A stretch of DNA of 64,000 bases from Clostridiaceae bacterium (GCA_018384365.1 JAHAYX010000032.1:2826-66825), one strand, 5' to 3'. Positions 1 through 9,535 are shown, numbered from the stretch's first letter. Notes: generated by a model not told the origin, from the sequence alone. Made by a program: numbers and translations.

Positions 1-17
1 TTCATAGTAAACACCTC

Positions 18-1223
18 TTATTTTTCAAAATCTATGAGTTCCCTGCGCCAGACAACGGCGGTTTTCATGGGTGCGCTCTTGCTGTAAATCTTGTTTTCAT
101 AAGCGCCCATGGGATCCGCGGCAAATTCGTCGCGGTCAATGAGCTCCACGATCTGGTCGTAGCGGCTCTGCGACAGCATGGTAATGGCCTTTTCCATGTG
201 ATCCTGCCGGAAATTGATGGAACCGAAGATCAGATGGTTTTCAAAGCCAAAGGGCATGGTATCGAAAGCAATCTTCGGGCCCAGAGAGAAGCTGTTATAC
301 AGGCCGTTGCAGCCCAGCACCTTATGCCGGAAGGCAATTTCGTGCTCCACCTGTGCACCGCTGACGCCGATGAACGTCGTAGCGCGTCCGCCCAGTGCTT
401 CGCAGATGGCTTTGGCGCAGTCGGCCGGGTCGGCATAGTCATTGCGGACGTAAATCGCCTTTGCCTGCTCCAATGCGAAGCGGACCTTGGGACTGTCCTC
501 GCTGCTGCGCGCCACAAAGACGATCTTCGCGTCCGGATGGGCCTGGCGGATGACGTCGCCAATGAACATCCCCGTGGTGCCCAGACCAAAGATCACCGTG
601 CGGGCGAAAATTTCATCGGCAGCGATGTCGCGCGCCTCTGTTTCGCTGCAGTGATGACGGCGCGCTGTCTGGCGGAACCAGTGTGCGCTGCCCAGATCCT
701 CCATGCGCTCCAGTTGGAACAGCATGCAGGCAAAGGGATCGGGAAAGACCATCTTTTTGGCAAACGAAAGGGCCAACTTGCCGTTTTCCACATAGCCGTC
801 GGGAATCGGCAGAAGCATATCGGGATTGACGTACATATCGTCGCAGAACAGGCCGTCCGCCTGGTCGCAGCCATACTCGAAATAGCTCTCGTCCTCGGTG
901 TAGCGGGTGGGATCAATGCTGTCGCCGCCGCGGATCAGCACGATGGCAAAGCGGTTCTGCGAAGGAACCCACACAACGCCCTCATGGCCGTTGATCAGGC
1001 GGTTCGTGCCGGGAGGAAATTTTGCCCCCAGCAGACCCTTGCTGCCCATGACCATCAGTTCGTGGTCCGTACCGCAGAAGCCCACGATCACCGGATGAAC
1101 CAGCACGCCCTCCTTCGCCTCCTCGCCGCGGAGGCGCTGGCGGGGCGGGTTGATCAGCTCGACTTCGCCATACACGAGAGGATGCACGGGGTCATTCTGA
1201 AAATAGGTGCCAAGGCTTTTCAT
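18..1223 (-). CDS. Zn-dependent medium-chain dehydrogenase/reductase, sugar (glucose) dehydrogenase-like
   Basis: 401-aa ORF. GFCGTDHEL and NGHEGVV motifs sit where MDR-family dehydrogenases carry them. AAGGAG lies 9 nt upstream of ATG 1223. Family call is from recall. Confidence 0.7.
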   Translation of the reverse strand: MKSLGTYFQNDPVHPLVYGEVELINPPRQRLRGEEAKEGVLVHPVIVGFCGTDHELMVMGSKGLLGAKFPPGTNRLINGHEGVVWVPSQNRFAIVLIRGGDSIDPTRYTEDESYFEYGCDQADGLFCDDMYVNPDMLLPIPDGYVENGKLALSFAKKMVFPDPFACMLFQLERMEDLGSAHWFRQTARRHHCSETEARDIAADEIFARTVIFGLGTTGMFIGDVIRQAHPDAKIVFVARSSEDSPKVRFALEQAKAIYVRNDYADPADCAKAICEALGGRATTFIGVSGAQVEHEIAFRHKVLGCNGLYNSFSLGPKIAFDTMPFGFENHLIFGSINFRQDHMEKAITMLSQSRYDQIVELIDRDEFAADPMGAYENKIYSKSAPMKTAVVWRRELIDFEK

Positions 1224-1249
1224 GGAATGTCACTCCTTTTTTAGTTGAT

Positions 1250-1296
1250 GGTAAAAACCGCGCTGCCGCCGCGCCGTTCACGGACTGCGGCGGCAG
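1250..1296 (-). terminator. Rho-independent terminator after the GH2 gene
   Basis: 10-bp GC stem CTGCCGCCGC/GCGGCGGCAG (1263-1272 and 1287-1296), followed on the minus strand by cgcggTTTTT. Confidence 0.5.
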
Positions 1297-1307
1297 AAAC
1301 GGGAAAT

Positions 1308-3659
1308 TTATGTGTTTTGCGAAAGAGTCAGGACAGCGTCCGGCAGCCCGTCCGATTTGCAGCGCACGAGCACAGGCTCCGGCTGGCCGTGCTTCCTTCG
1401 AAGCACCAGCTGCACGTGCCCCTGCTCCATAGGCTGAACGGGACTTGTGTAGTTGGCGGTGGTGCAGATGGCGCCGCTGCCAGCTGCCAGAAACTCTGCG
1501 CCGCCCTCCACTTCAAAGGACACCGTGCGGCCGTTTTCCAGTATGAGCTGCCCCTGACCGTCGGTCAGTTCTGCATCCACAAACAGCAAACCGTCCTCGC
1601 TGCTGCCCGGCCAGGCGCCGGAGAGACGGATCACCCGCTTTTCATCGGGCGTGCAGATGGAATGACTGGCACAGGCCTGCCCCTGCCGGTACTCCACGGC
1701 CGTCAGCGTGCCCTTTTCATAGGGCAGTTCAAACCGCGCAAGATAGGCCTGCGGCTTTCCGGCAGGCGCGCGGCCGATTTCTCGGCCGTTTATGAGAAGC
1801 GCCACTTCGTCCGCCGTACTGTAAACGGTAACGTGGGTGGGCCGTCCTTCCCAGCCGGGGTAATTCCAATATTCCTGTACAAGAGGCCAGCCCCACCACA
1901 TGGGATAGACCGTTTTGTCGTAGAGCGCGGGATCCTCCACGGCCAGATAGGGCCGGGTGGATCTGTGCCACACGCAGTCGCGGTAATAGGAGCGGGGCTT
2001 TCTGCGGCAGCAGATGTCCAGATCGCCGCAGCCGGAAAGCCGGAAAGGATAGCCGGCAAGGATCAGGGGGCGGTGATCCACCTCCGTGCGGCCAAGGCCA
2101 ACCTCGCCCAGATAGTCCACTGCGGTCCACAAAAAGTCGCCGATGACCCACGGACAGCGTTCCACCACGTCCCAGCCGTGGAAAATATCGCTGCCTACGG
2201 TTTCCGTTGCGCACAGAATGCGCTGCGGATAGACCGCATGATCCTTTTCCAGGCGGTCGCGCATATAGTTATAACCGACCACGTCCAGCGGTTTTGCAAA
2301 TTCTTCGGTGGCTGCAAGGAAATAATCCTGCTCCTCCAGCAGATTCGCGACGAGACCGTTTGCGTTTCCGTCCGCGGAGACATTGTTCAGTGCATGAATG
2401 ACCGGGCGCGTGGGGTCCAGCATACGCAGACAGTCCGCCAGCTCGCGCGAAATGCGGTTGCCGTCGGCATGGCCGTCGCGTTCGGGAATTTCGTTTCCTG
2501 TGGAGTACAGAATCACGCAGGCGTGGTTTCTGTCGCGTCTCACCATGGATTCCAGATCGGTGCGCCAGGTATATGCAAAGAACCGGCTGTTGTCATATGT
2601 CATTTTCGGCTCGCGCCACATATCAAAGGCTTCATCCATGACCATCATGCCATATTTGTCACAGGCACGCAGGAGCGCATCCGAGGCAGGGTTGTGCGCG
2701 CAGCGGATGGCGTTATAGCCGCATTCCTTCATCGCCCGGATCTTCCTGTCCTCCGCAGAGGGATAGGATGCGCCGCCTAAAATGCCGTTATCATGATGGA
2801 TGCAGCCGCCGCGCAGCTTTGTGGGAACTCCGTTGAGCAGGAAGCCCTGCTCCGGCGTGAAGGAGAGGGAGCGCAGACCATAAGCCAGACTGACGCTTTC
2901 CGCCACGCGATCGTCCTGCAGCAATTCAATCTGCGCCTGATACAGGTTCGGCTCTGTATCCGACCAGAGCTTTGCGCCCTGTATGGAAAGGGTCAGCGCG
3001 GCTTCCGCCGTGCTGTGCTGTGGGATGTCCACGCAAACGGTTCCCTGTGCCGCAGCTTTGCCGCAGTTGTCCGTCAGGGTCAGGCGAACCTGACGCCGCG
3101 CGGGCGCGGCGGTTTCGTTGCATACGGGGACGCGGGCGGAAACCCGGGCAGTGCGACCTTCAAGCTCGGTGCACAGCGCCGCGCTGCGGTAAGGCAAGAA
3201 AACGTGCTCCTGAACCAGAAGCTGCACTTCCCGGAAGATACCGGTGCCCGTATACCAGCGGGAATTCGGCACATCGCCGTTCGGCGCAGAAACCTGAATC
3301 AGGTTCTCGCCGCTGTGCAGCAGCGGCGTGAGGTCGCAGCAGAACGCCGTATATCCATAGTGGCTGCGGCAGGCAAACTTTTGATTCACCCGCACGAGCG
3401 CGTTGTGATACACACCGTCAAAGGCGAGGGAGATCCGTTTGCCTGTCCAGTCCTCCGTCAGCGTCAGTGTTTTTTCATATTCCGTGGAGCAGGCGGGATA
3501 GTAGGCGCCTGCGTGACTGGAAGGGCTGTCCGGTGCGGTATCATATCGGATGTTGTCGTCATGGGGAAGGTCTACTTCCCGGGAAGGCTGCGGAAGATGC
3601 GATATTTCATGCTCCGGCGTGGGAAACGTGCGCCAGGAGCGGTTAAAATCCAGAATCAT
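1308..3659 (-). CDS. Glycoside hydrolase family 2 (beta-galactosidase/beta-glucuronidase-like)
   Basis: 783-aa ORF with GH2-type layout. ILYSTGNEIPE matches the GH2 acid/base NE motif. AGGAGAG lies 7 nt upstream of the ATG. Confidence 0.8.
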   Translation of the reverse strand: MILDFNRSWRTFPTPEHEISHLPQPSREVDLPHDDNIRYDTAPDSPSSHAGAYYPACSTEYEKTLTLTEDWTGKRISLAFDGVYHNALVRVNQKFACRSHYGYTAFCCDLTPLLHSGENLIQVSAPNGDVPNSRWYTGTGIFREVQLLVQEHVFLPYRSAALCTELEGRTARVSARVPVCNETAAPARRQVRLTLTDNCGKAAAQGTVCVDIPQHSTAEAALTLSIQGAKLWSDTEPNLYQAQIELLQDDRVAESVSLAYGLRSLSFTPEQGFLLNGVPTKLRGGCIHHDNGILGGASYPSAEDRKIRAMKECGYNAIRCAHNPASDALLRACDKYGMMVMDEAFDMWREPKMTYDNSRFFAYTWRTDLESMVRRDRNHACVILYSTGNEIPERDGHADGNRISRELADCLRMLDPTRPVIHALNNVSADGNANGLVANLLEEQDYFLAATEEFAKPLDVVGYNYMRDRLEKDHAVYPQRILCATETVGSDIFHGWDVVERCPWVIGDFLWTAVDYLGEVGLGRTEVDHRPLILAGYPFRLSGCGDLDICCRRKPRSYYRDCVWHRSTRPYLAVEDPALYDKTVYPMWWGWPLVQEYWNYPGWEGRPTHVTVYSTADEVALLINGREIGRAPAGKPQAYLARFELPYEKGTLTAVEYRQGQACASHSICTPDEKRVIRLSGAWPGSSEDGLLFVDAELTDGQGQLILENGRTVSFEVEGGAEFLAAGSGAICTTANYTSPVQPMEQGHVQLVLRRKHGQPEPVLVRCKSDGLPDAVLTLSQNT

Positions 3660-3708
3660 AGAGCGTCTCTCCTGTTCATCAGATGGGCAGGATCCTCATG
3701 CGGACTGC

Positions 3709-6093
3709 TCAGAGTGAGAAAACGGCTTCGTTTCCGTCATACACGATATTCTGCGGCGCGCTTCCGATGCGGTGCACGCGGAAAATCCGCGTTTCCGGCA
3801 TATCGGGGTAAGTTCCGGTACGTTTTCCGAGCACAAGCTCGCCGGAGGCATCCTTCCAGCGGAGGGAGACGGCGGCGCTTTCGCCCCGTTCGTATCCATA
3901 GCCGTCGCCTGCGTCGTCATACAGGGTGAATTCTCCGTCTTCGCCGGGGAAAACAAGGATTTCAAGGGGCAGACCGGCCTGTTCCTTTGTAGACTGCGCA
4001 ACAGTCCCGAGAGGAAGAACGGTGCCTGCACGGACAAAGACCGGTACGCTGCAAAGCGGCGCCTGCACCTCTGCCGTCTGGCCGCCCCGGAAGGCTTTTC
4101 CTGTGGCAAGCTCATACCAGACATGGCCGGCGGGGAGCACCACAGTTTCCGTTTCGTCCGGCTGTTCGATGGACACAGATTCGGGAAGATAGTACATCGG
4201 ATGCGTGACAGGCTTCACAAGCAGACCATCACCCAGCAGCATCTGGTCATCCGTACGGCGCAGGACTTCGTCCTCAGGATAGACAAGCGCCGGAACGCGA
4301 AGCATGGGAACACCGGTACGGTTGGTCTGTGCCATCAGGGAGTACAGATAGGGGATCAAACGGTAACGCAGATGAATGGTTTCTTCCATGGCGTCATAGA
4401 AGAGCTCGCCCTTTTCGCCAAGACGCCAGATTTCTCTGGGTGTTCCGGTTCCGTGGGCACGCATCATGGGCAGGAAAGCGGCATACTGCGCCCAGCGCAC
4501 GAAAAGCTCGCGATAGCCGGAATCGTCCATACCACGGTCGAAGTCTCCGCCGAAGAACCAGGGTTCCCAGTTACCGTTTGTGAAGAACGCGCCGATATCC
4601 GTTGACCAATAGGGTTCGCCCGAGGCACAGAAATTCAATCCTTCGGGGACATGACGGCGCAGCGTCTCCCAGCTTGCGCTGACGTCGCCGCTCCAGGTTA
4701 TGGTGGCATAGCGGTGCTGTCCGGCATACGAGGAGCGGGTGAGGTTGCAGACGCGTTTCTCGTCCGTCACCTGGCGCTGGCCCGTGTAAATGCCTTCGGC
4801 GTGATGGATGCTGTATAAGTTGATGGCCGCCGGGTCGAGATAGCGCTTTGCGGCGTCGGTGTTGAGCTGTGTACGTGCAAAAGGCTCCGGCTTGATTGCG
4901 CCGCGCCAGTCGCTTTCAAAGGGCTCGGTGCAGTCGCACCACCAGGCGTCCACGCCCTTGGAAAACAGCCCTTCATTGGCCTGTTTCCAGTAAAGCGCCC
5001 GGGCCGCCGGATCGAAGGCATTGTAAATCGTGCGGTTTCCCAGCATCAGCCCCTGTTCCAGCATGGCGGCGCGGTCGGCATTCTGATCGCCCTGCATGGA
5101 GGGCCAGATGGAAATCATGAATTTGATATCCTGCGCGTGAAGCTTTTCGATAAACGCGGTGGGATCCGGGAACCGCGTGGTATCAAAGGTTTTAAAGCCC
5201 CACTGTCCCTCGGGCCAGCTTTGCCAGTCCAGTACCAGAAGATCCAGCGGGACGCCGCGGCGGCGGTATTCCGCTGCAACCTGCAGCATCTCCTCCGCAT
5301 CACAGTAGCGTTCCTTGGATTGGACATAGCCCAGCGCATAGCGGGGGAGCATGGGCGCTTCTCCGGTCAGTATCCGGTATTTTTCCATCGCGGAGGCATA
5401 ACTGCCGCTGCCATAGAAGAAATACCAGTCCAGCTCATCGGCGCAGTCCGCCCACAGATAGGAGCCCTCCGCATCATCGTGGAAGGAAAGCAGACAGCCC
5501 ATGTCAAACAGGATGCCCCAACCTTTCGTGGAAACGAGAACCGGTACAACGGCCTTCATATTCTGCTGGTAAAGCAGGCGGGAATGTCCGCGCAGATTGC
5601 CAAAGCCTTCCTCGTGCGAACCCAGGCCGTAAAGGCCCTCGGTGCGGTCAAACAGGAAGTTTTGCCGGCATTCATATGCGGTGCGGTCCTGATAGGTCTC
5701 CGACGGCTCCGCGGACGCGCGTGCACCGTCCACACTCTGGCTCTCCACGACGGTGCTGTTTTCAAACCGGTTGCGCATGACAGGTTTTTCCACCAGGATA
5801 TGCGGCCGGCGATCGGGCTCACGCAGGAGCAGACGCCCTTCGGCGTCATAAAAAGACAGTGCGCCGTTTGCTTTGGAATAACCGGCCGTTACCGGTCCGG
5901 CGGTGAAGAAAACCGTTTCCTCGGTTTCGCGGAGTTCCCCCTCATAATTGCCGGTGCAGATCACTGCGGGACTGACGTTTGTCAGAAACTGTGCCCTGCG
6001 CGTGTGGGTGACGCGGAGAATACCCTCTGAAACGGCGCGCAGGCGGGTTTGCACGTCGCTGTGCTGCAGAATGATTTCCTGTGCGGCAGACAT
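3709..6093 (-). CDS. Glycoside hydrolase family 31 (alpha-xylosidase/alpha-glucosidase, YicI-like)
   Basis: GH31 motifs KFMISIWPS, GVDAWWCDCTEPF and ITWSGDV. I place the start at ATG 6093 (AAAGGAGAG 6 nt upstream). The track start 6111 is a TTG that contains this RBS. Confidence 0.85.
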   Translation of the reverse strand: MSAAQEIILQHSDVQTRLRAVSEGILRVTHTRRAQFLTNVSPAVICTGNYEGELRETEETVFFTAGPVTAGYSKANGALSFYDAEGRLLLREPDRRPHILVEKPVMRNRFENSTVVESQSVDGARASAEPSETYQDRTAYECRQNFLFDRTEGLYGLGSHEEGFGNLRGHSRLLYQQNMKAVVPVLVSTKGWGILFDMGCLLSFHDDAEGSYLWADCADELDWYFFYGSGSYASAMEKYRILTGEAPMLPRYALGYVQSKERYCDAEEMLQVAAEYRRRGVPLDLLVLDWQSWPEGQWGFKTFDTTRFPDPTAFIEKLHAQDIKFMISIWPSMQGDQNADRAAMLEQGLMLGNRTIYNAFDPAARALYWKQANEGLFSKGVDAWWCDCTEPFESDWRGAIKPEPFARTQLNTDAAKRYLDPAAINLYSIHHAEGIYTGQRQVTDEKRVCNLTRSSYAGQHRYATITWSGDVSASWETLRRHVPEGLNFCASGEPYWSTDIGAFFTNGNWEPWFFGGDFDRGMDDSGYRELFVRWAQYAAFLPMMRAHGTGTPREIWRLGEKGELFYDAMEETIHLRYRLIPYLYSLMAQTNRTGVPMLRVPALVYPEDEVLRRTDDQMLLGDGLLVKPVTHPMYYLPESVSIEQPDETETVVLPAGHVWYELATGKAFRGGQTAEVQAPLCSVPVFVRAGTVLPLGTVAQSTKEQAGLPLEILVFPGEDGEFTLYDDAGDGYGYERGESAAVSLRWKDASGELVLGKRTGTYPDMPETRIFRVHRIGSAPQNIVYDGNEAVFSL

Positions 6094-6153
6094 AGATTGC
6101 TCTCCTTTCAAAATTAGTTGTATGTATGGCCACAGGCCGAAGTTTCTGCTTAC

Positions 6154-6182
6154 TTGAAAAGACCGGAACAGTTTGTTATAAT
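6154..6182 (+). promoter_or_regulatory. Sigma-A-type promoter of lacI-family gene
   Basis: TTGAAA (6154-6159), 17-nt spacer, TATAAT (6177-6182), 25 nt before the ATG. Confidence 0.55.
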
Positions 6183-6207
6183 TTTTAAGAGTGCAGGAGG
6201 TGGAAAA

Positions 6208-7224
6208 ATGGCGGTAACGATGAAGGATATTGCACGGGTTACGGGGCTTGGCCTTGCCACAATTTCAAAATATTATAACGGCGGCAGCGTGCGGGCCAAA
6301 AATCAGAAGCTGATTGAAGATGCGGCCAGAAGTCTGGGATATGTTCCAAATGAAATTGCCCGCAGCCTGAAAACGAAGCATACGTATACCATCGGCGTGG
6401 TGATTCCCGAACTGAGCAATGTGTTTATCACGTCCATCATTTCCACCATGGAAGACCTTCTGCGGCAAAAAGGTTATGCCGTCATTGTCTGCGACTGCCG
6501 CAGCAATCCGGAACTGGAGAAGGAGGCCGTTTCCTTCCTCCTGCGCAAGCAGGTGGACGGCCTGATCAATATGCCCTACGACGTGACGGGAGATCATCTG
6601 CGTCCGGCAATCGAGGCGGGAACGCCGGTTGTGCTCGTTGACCGTATCCTGAAACCGCTGGAAGGGCAGGTGCCTGCCGTGGTGCTGGACAACGTGGATG
6701 CAGCGGAACAGGGAACGCGCTTTCTGCTGCAGCAGGGGCACAGGAACATTGGCCTGGTGCTGGGTGACCGTGGTTTTTATACAACGGAGTGCCGTTTGCA
6801 GGGGTATTTAAACGCATTTTCCGGATTTGACGTGCCGGTGCGGGAGGAAAACATCCGCTGCGGCAATTATACGATGAACGGCGGCTATACCGCCGCAAAA
6901 CAGCTGCTGGCTCTGCCGGAACCACCCACCGCGCTGTTTGTTACCAATTTTGAGATGACGCTGGGCGTCATGTTGGCTCTGCGGGAGGCGGGCATCCGTA
7001 TTCCGGAGGACTTGTCGGTGATGGGGTTTGACAAGATGGATCTGTTCGGTGAAATCTTCCCGGATCTGACGCTGGTTCGTCAGCCGCAGGACGCCATTGG
7101 CCTGCAAACGGCCAGACTGATGCTGGAACTGCTCTCTCCGTCGGGTAAAACTGCCCCCGGAACCATCACGCTCAGTGCGCAGCTGCACCGGGGAAAATCT
7201 ACCCGCGAATTGCAGAATCCCTGA
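6208..7224 (+). CDS. LacI-family transcriptional regulator
   Basis: N-terminal HTH MKDIARVTGLGLATISKYYNG followed by a periplasmic-binding-protein-like sugar-binding fold. AGGAGG lies 7 nt upstream of ATG 6208. Divergent from the GH31-GH2 genes. Confidence 0.9.
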   Translation: MAVTMKDIARVTGLGLATISKYYNGGSVRAKNQKLIEDAARSLGYVPNEIARSLKTKHTYTIGVVIPELSNVFITSIISTMEDLLRQKGYAVIVCDCRSNPELEKEAVSFLLRKQVDGLINMPYDVTGDHLRPAIEAGTPVVLVDRILKPLEGQVPAVVLDNVDAAEQGTRFLLQQGHRNIGLVLGDRGFYTTECRLQGYLNAFSGFDVPVREENIRCGNYTMNGGYTAAKQLLALPEPPTALFVTNFEMTLGVMLALREAGIRIPEDLSVMGFDKMDLFGEIFPDLTLVRQPQDAIGLQTARLMLELLSPSGKTAPGTITLSAQLHRGKSTRELQNP

Positions 7225-7236
7225 AAAAAACGGCTG

Positions 7237-7274
7237 CCCGGCCGCGAAAACTGCGGCTGGGTATGTCTTTATTC
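7237..7274 (+). terminator. Putative terminator after lacI
   Basis: 9-bp stem CCCGGCCGC/GCGGCTGGG (one G-T pair) followed by the T-rich tatgtctttattc. Confidence 0.4.
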
Positions 7275-7422
7275 TAAAAGCCGAAACGTTTCGCTTCTAT
7301 TGTATCAACTGTTCCGCAGAATGTCAACAGGACGCCGCAACCGAAACATCGGCAATTCTGCCGGGAAACAGCCAATTTTGCCCGGGAACAGGACTTTGAC
7401 GAAGTAGAGAGGGGGGATCTGC

Positions 7423-7974
7423 GTGCCTTTCGATCAGGACATCTCTTTCAGAAATGAAAACCACATCAAATTCCGGCAGGGCTGTCCGGCAGATCTGGAC
7501 GCAGTGTGCAGTCTCGTCGCCGACGCGATTGCGGAGATGGAACGACAGGGAATTCACCAGTGGGACGCTCTGTATCCCACGCGGGAAGACTTCGCCGCGG
7601 ACATTCAGAAGAAAACCCTGTATACAGCCATGATGCAGGGACAGATAGCGGCTGTTTATGTTCTCAGCAGAGACTGCGACCCGGCCTACCGTCTGGTGCG
7701 CTGGAGTTGTCCAGATGAAACGGCCTGTATTCTGCATCGCCTTTGTGTTGCGCCGGGCATGCAAAACCGGGGTGTGGGGACGGCGGTTCTTCGGCATATG
7801 GAGAGCCGGCTGCGTGCATTGGGATTTGAATCCGTACGCCTGGATGTGTTTTCGGAAAACCCCGCTGCGGTCCGGCTTTACGAGAAAAACGGATATGAAA
7901 GGCGCGGCTTTGCTGACTGGCGCAAGGGCCGCTTCTGGCTGATGGAAAAGACATGGACAGCCCCCGGTCTGTGA
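7423..7974 (+). CDS. GNAT-family N-acetyltransferase
   Basis: 183-aa ORF with the acetyl-CoA-binding motif LCVAPGMQNRGVGTAVL. GTG start preceded by GAGAGGGGGG. Confidence 0.85.
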   Translation: MPFDQDISFRNENHIKFRQGCPADLDAVCSLVADAIAEMERQGIHQWDALYPTREDFAADIQKKTLYTAMMQGQIAAVYVLSRDCDPAYRLVRWSCPDETACILHRLCVAPGMQNRGVGTAVLRHMESRLRALGFESVRLDVFSENPAAVRLYEKNGYERRGFADWRKGRFWLMEKTWTAPGL

Positions 7975-8140
7975 AAGATATTCCGTATGGCAAACTCTGT
8001 TTCCCGTCGCGGCGAAGCTGGGGCGATGGTTATTCTGGAGAAAAGAAATGATGATGCGGCTCTTTTTGCGCAGTCGATGCTGCAGAGTCAAGCAGCCGCT
8101 CCTGCCAGAAATAAAATGGACAATTTTGTCATTACAGGAG

Positions 8141-8169
8141 TGGATTTTTATGGGATAGTATGCTATAAT
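8141..8169 (+). promoter_or_regulatory. Candidate extended -10 promoter of the pilin-like gene
   Basis: TGcTATAAT at 8161-8169. The -35 is weak (TGGATT, 17 nt upstream). Confidence 0.45.
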
Positions 8170-8214
8170 GATATAACCGATTTGTGATGCGGCGATCAAG
8201 CGAGGTGATGAACC

Positions 8215-8970
8215 ATGATGACGAATCAACGTGAATTTGACGGGACGGGTGGATACACAGAACAAAGTGTATTTTCCCAGGTGTCACGGAGCCCGGAAGA
8301 TGGATGGAGAGAATGTATGCAGCGTACAGCAAAAAGAGAGAACGACGCAGGAAAGAAGAAAAACAGGAAAGGATTCACGCTTGTGGAGCTTCTTGTTGTG
8401 CTGGTTATCATCGCCGTTCTGGCCGCAATGCTGATCCCGGTTTTCACCAAGTATACGGAAAAGGCAAAAAACGCAGATTTGATCGTCATGGCAAAGAGTC
8501 TTTACACAGCAACACAGGCTGTGGCACTCGAGGCGTATGCAAACGGAGAATTTACGGTGGAAGGAACGACCACGAACACCAAAACCAGCCTCCCGGATAT
8601 CCGCGAGATCATAGCCTTATCGAAACTCAAAGATTCCGGTGATGCGGGATTGAATTATGCTTTGAAAAACGCCGGTACGACAGGCATCATCAACGGCTTT
8701 GGATATGGGCAAAACACCAATTCTTCGAATCAGAAAGGCGATGCGACTTATCATTTCAAGGCATTGATTAACGAAGACGGCGCCGTCGTAGAGTTTGTTG
8801 TCTGTGATGGAGAAAGATACGCCGTGTTTAAAGGAGGCAGCTTTGAAATCGTCGAAGCAGCCTGTAATGACAACCATGACGGACATAAGCTGTATAACTA
8901 CATTATTCTGGATAAAGACAAAGGCGCCGCAACATTTGCCAATATGTTCAAAAACCGGGGAAACTACTAA
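8215..8970 (+). CDS. Type IV pilin/pseudopilin-like protein (prepilin N-terminal cleavage/methylation domain)
   Basis: Class III signal motif KG|FTLVELLVVLVIIAVLAAMLIP with Glu at +5. Two C-terminal Cys residues 22 aa apart resemble a pilin D-region. There are two RBS-supported starts: ATG 8215 (GAGGTGA upstream, 53-aa leader) and ATG 8317 (GGAGAG upstream, 19-aa leader). Confidence 0.8.
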   Translation: MMTNQREFDGTGGYTEQSVFSQVSRSPEDGWRECMQRTAKRENDAGKKKNRKGFTLVELLVVLVIIAVLAAMLIPVFTKYTEKAKNADLIVMAKSLYTATQAVALEAYANGEFTVEGTTTNTKTSLPDIREIIALSKLKDSGDAGLNYALKNAGTTGIINGFGYGQNTNSSNQKGDATYHFKALINEDGAVVEFVVCDGERYAVFKGGSFEIVEAACNDNHDGHKLYNYIILDKDKGAATFANMFKNRGNY

Positions 8971-9088
8971 CTGCGAAGAGAAAAACAACGGATTTACATT
9001 TGTCAGACCGCGAGTGCCTATGAATGGAGAATCCAACCGGTCAACGGCTGAATACGCCGATACAGCACAACGAGTGACTATGCCATAA

Positions 9089-9535
9089 TCAGTTTGAAAT
9101 ATAACTGCAAAACCAAAAAACGCCCACCTCCTGCTGGTGGGCGTTTTTTTGATCAGCGGTCAGTGCAGTCAACCAATTGTCAAAACCGGTACACAAGGCG
9201 ACCTGTTGCCCTGTCTTGCCTATATCCGACAGCTCATCTTTCATATTCCGGGCGACGATTTCCCGATATGCTTTTTCCTCATATGGAGAAGCTCCCACAC
9301 AGAAAACGATGATTTTCTTACCCTGTAATTCTTTGATGTTTTTCTTTAAGAAAGATAAACCCGCTATGCCCGATGCGTAGATTCCCCCGCCGAGAAGGAA
9401 AGTGTCGTATTCCCGAACAGCAGAAACTCTTGCCTGCTTTGTTTCGACACAGGGAAAACCTGTTTTCTCTGAAAGCCACTGCGCGTATTTTTTCGTGGCT
9501 CCGTATTTTGACTGATAAAGTATAATGCCGTTCAT
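9089..9535 (-). CDS. Flavodoxin-domain protein, 3' end probably non-native
   Basis: MNGIILYQSKYGATKKYAQW...LLGGGIYASG...IIVFCVGASP is flavodoxin-like. GGAGGA lies upstream of ATG 9535. The last ~40 codons read through the 9115-9150 terminator hairpin. Confidence 0.6.
   Translation of the reverse strand: MNGIILYQSKYGATKKYAQWLSEKTGFPCVETKQARVSAVREYDTFLLGGGIYASGIAGLSFLKKNIKELQGKKIIVFCVGASPYEEKAYREIVARNMKDELSDIGKTGQQVALCTGFDNWLTALTADQKNAHQQEVGVFWFCSYISN
9115..9150. terminator. Bidirectional rho-independent terminator
   Basis: AAAAAA-CGCCCACC-tcctgct-GGTGGGCG-TTTTTTT. It lies downstream of the pilin gene and inside the 3' tail of the minus-strand flavodoxin ORF. Confidence 0.8.

Noticed and set aside
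1-17. Start of another minus-strand gene (GAGGTG, 6 nt, ATG at positions 5-3)
   Set aside because: Only 5 nt of coding sequence fall inside the window, so it cannot be supported as a feature.
1245-2780. 511-aa plus-strand ORF
   Set aside because: It is antisense to the GH2 gene and starts inside that gene's terminator.
7324-8265. 313-aa minus-strand ORF
   Set aside because: It is antisense to the GNAT gene and runs through the pilin promoter region. No family resemblance and no RBS.
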